Part shown: positions 61,549 to 64,000 of the stretch, one piece after another
How the letters are laid out: every line of letters starts with the position of its first letter
Numbering within the stretch: position 1 is the stretch's first letter
Virus record (IMG/VR): IMGVR_UViG_3300032116_000013
Coordinates: 96,001-160,000 of that record
Strand: one strand, 5' to 3'
DNA: 64,000 nt
Origin: a virus
Notes under the pieces: generated by a model
What the model saw: only the letters and a program-made list of their open reading frames with translations
What the model was told of the DNA's origin: nothing
Databases searched by the model: none
Program-made: the position numbers and the translations under genes

Positions 61549-62421
61549 ATGCCAACAAGTGTATATTTTAATAATCAGAGTGCTAGTCGAGAACAATTGC
61601 TTCTTGAGGACATGATTATTGAAACAATCAAGAATCATGGGATAGATATTTACTATCTCCCTAGAGAGTCTCGCTCTGAACTGGATGAATTGTTTGGTGA
61701 TGATCCAGTAAAATCATACAGCAAGGCTTTTCCTATAGAGATGTACCTTGAGTCTTCAAATGATTTCGAAGGCAATCAAGAATTCTTCAGTAAATTTGGT
61801 CTAGAAATACAAAAAGCAGCGCGAGTAACGATCGCGAAAAGAACATTTCATAAACATATACCGCTGTCTTTAAGAAATCATCCTAAAGAAGGCGATCTAG
61901 TTTATCTACCAGTTCAGCAAAAAATTCTAGAAATTAAATTTGTTGAAGAAGAAAAAAACTTCTTTCAATTAGGCAGATCAGATCCATATATGTATGGATT
62001 ATCACTAGAAGTGTTTAAATACAATGGCGAACTATTCTCAACTGGAATCGTCACTATTGATAGCATATCAAACGACAGAGGGTTCGGTGTGGAGTATTTG
62101 CTACAACAAACAGGTTCTGGAACATACTCTAAGAATGAGATTGTTTACCAAGGAACTGACCTCGCCAATGCAAATGCTAGGGCTATCGTTTCCAACTGGA
62201 ATAAGCCATCTGGGAAAATTATTCTTCGCAATATCAAAGGCGAATTTAAGAGCAATACTCTTGTTAAAGGAGTTACAAGCAATTCTCAATGGGTTCTTGT
62301 CAGTGGAAACGCTCAGGAAGATGCTAATGATCTATACGATGATAACATTAGAATTGAAGATGAATCAGATACAATTATAGACTGGAGTGAACTAAATCCA
62401 TTCGGAATGCCTAACGAATAA
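61549..62421 (+). CDS. 14: Neck protein gp14
   Basis: EDMIIETIK..GIDIYYLPR, FSKFGL, PKEGDLVYLP and NPFG. Confidence 0.95.
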   Translation: MPTSVYFNNQSASREQLLLEDMIIETIKNHGIDIYYLPRESRSELDELFGDDPVKSYSKAFPIEMYLESSNDFEGNQEFFSKFGLEIQKAARVTIAKRTFHKHIPLSLRNHPKEGDLVYLPVQQKILEIKFVEEEKNFFQLGRSDPYMYGLSLEVFKYNGELFSTGIVTIDSISNDRGFGVEYLLQQTGSGTYSKNEIVYQGTDLANANARAIVSNWNKPSGKIILRNIKGEFKSNTLVKGVTSNSQWVLVSGNAQEDANDLYDDNIRIEDESDTIIDWSELNPFGMPNE

Positions 62422-63503
62422 TGCTAAACAAACAACACTTTTATCATAGAATTACTAGAAAATTAGTTGTCGGTTTCGGCACGATGTTCAACAACATTCG
62501 TCTTGTTCGTTACAACAAGGCTGGAAATATTGAGATTGAAAGAGTTACTGTTCCTCTATCATATTCTGGAAAAGAGAAGTTTTACTCTCGTATCACTCAA
62601 GATCCAAATCTAGCCCAGCAAGTTCAGATCACTCTACCGAGAATGTCTTTTGAATTAACTTCTATCACATATGATCCTTTGCGTAAGGTTTCTTCATATC
62701 AGAGTCAATTCAGCCCAGACACCAAAAATAGTATGAAGAGCGCATACCAAGCGCCATACAACTTTACATTTAATTTGTACATCTACGTTCGCAACGTTGA
62801 AGATGGCACTCAAATCGTTGAGCAAATACTACCATATTTCAATCCAGATTACACGCTAACGATGAATCTCGCCAATGTAGGAAATCCAGTTGACGTCCCT
62901 ATTATTCTAGAAACAGTTGCATCAGATTTAACCAATGATACTGGTTCTGGTGATACTGAGAGAATGATAGTTTGGACTTTAACATTTACTGCCAAAGCCT
63001 ATTTGTATGGTCCTATTAATTCTGGCAGCGGCGCCAAGTTAATCAGAAAAGCAGTGGGAAATACTTTTATAGAGCAATCTTCAGTTGAGCCTGATAGAAG
63101 ATTAGTCATGTATTCTGGTGGCTGGGGAACATATAAATCTGGAGAATTAATTTTCCAGGGAAGAAAATTAGAAGAAGCCACTGCCACTGCATTCGTTAAA
63201 TACTGGAATACTAGTACGAACAATATGATTATTAACGATGTGTCAGGAGTTTTTTTGTCGAACAACAAGGTAAGAGGAGTGGTAACTGGTTCTACATGGA
63301 CCATCGATACTGCTGAAACAATAGAAAGACAGGTATTTAATCTTGAGGTTTATCCTAAACCTTATAATGCGAATGCCAACGATGATTATAGATACATTGA
63401 GGCTCTACAAGAATTTGACTTCTTCGGCGATGACACTGCCGACGCAACTGTCATATTTACTGATAATGATAATACTACCTCTGACGACGACGATAACGGA
63501 TAA
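62421..63503 (+). CDS. 15: Tail terminator / sheath stabilizer gp15
   Basis: FYH..TRKLVVGFGTMFNNI, VPLSY..KEKF, LPRMSFE and QIVEQILPYFNP. Confidence 0.95.
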   Translation: MLNKQHFYHRITRKLVVGFGTMFNNIRLVRYNKAGNIEIERVTVPLSYSGKEKFYSRITQDPNLAQQVQITLPRMSFELTSITYDPLRKVSSYQSQFSPDTKNSMKSAYQAPYNFTFNLYIYVRNVEDGTQIVEQILPYFNPDYTLTMNLANVGNPVDVPIILETVASDLTNDTGSGDTERMIVWTLTFTAKAYLYGPINSGSGAKLIRKAVGNTFIEQSSVEPDRRLVMYSGGWGTYKSGELIFQGRKLEEATATAFVKYWNTSTNNMIINDVSGVFLSNNKVRGVVTGSTWTIDTAETIERQVFNLEVYPKPYNANANDDYRYIEALQEFDFFGDDTADATVIFTDNDNTTSDDDDNG

Positions 63504-63509
63504 AGGTAA

Positions 63510-64000
<491 letters not shown>

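Overview
A 64 kb segment of a large T4-like myovirus genome with no cellular genes. Positions 1-12.6 kb hold early/middle and accessory genes: HAD hydrolase, PhoH, PD-(D/E)XK exonuclease, CDGSH-like miniprotein, peroxiredoxin, a circularly permuted two-piece tmRNA (tag ANDDVYDMALAA), an AT-rich five-gene sugar-modification-like cassette, SleB-type hydrolase, GMP reductase, gp33, gp59, an inserted methyltransferase and gp32. A minus-strand block follows (tape measure with SLT domain, gp51, gp26, gp54-like, gp2, gp4). The long plus-strand late region contains gp48, 53, 27-like, 5, 25, 6, 7, 8, a DUF4815-type pair, four collagen-like fibres, five Kelch-like propeller paralogs around a double 2OG-Fe(II) oxygenase, and gp13, 14, 15. 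The strongest new-looking signal is a complete bacterial -1 ribosomal frameshift cassette (internal SD, U_UUU_UUU, 8-nt spacer, 15-bp hairpin) joining gp26 to gp51 directly upstream of the tape measure gene, which parallels lambda G/GT. All family assignments come from motif recognition by eye; no searches were run.
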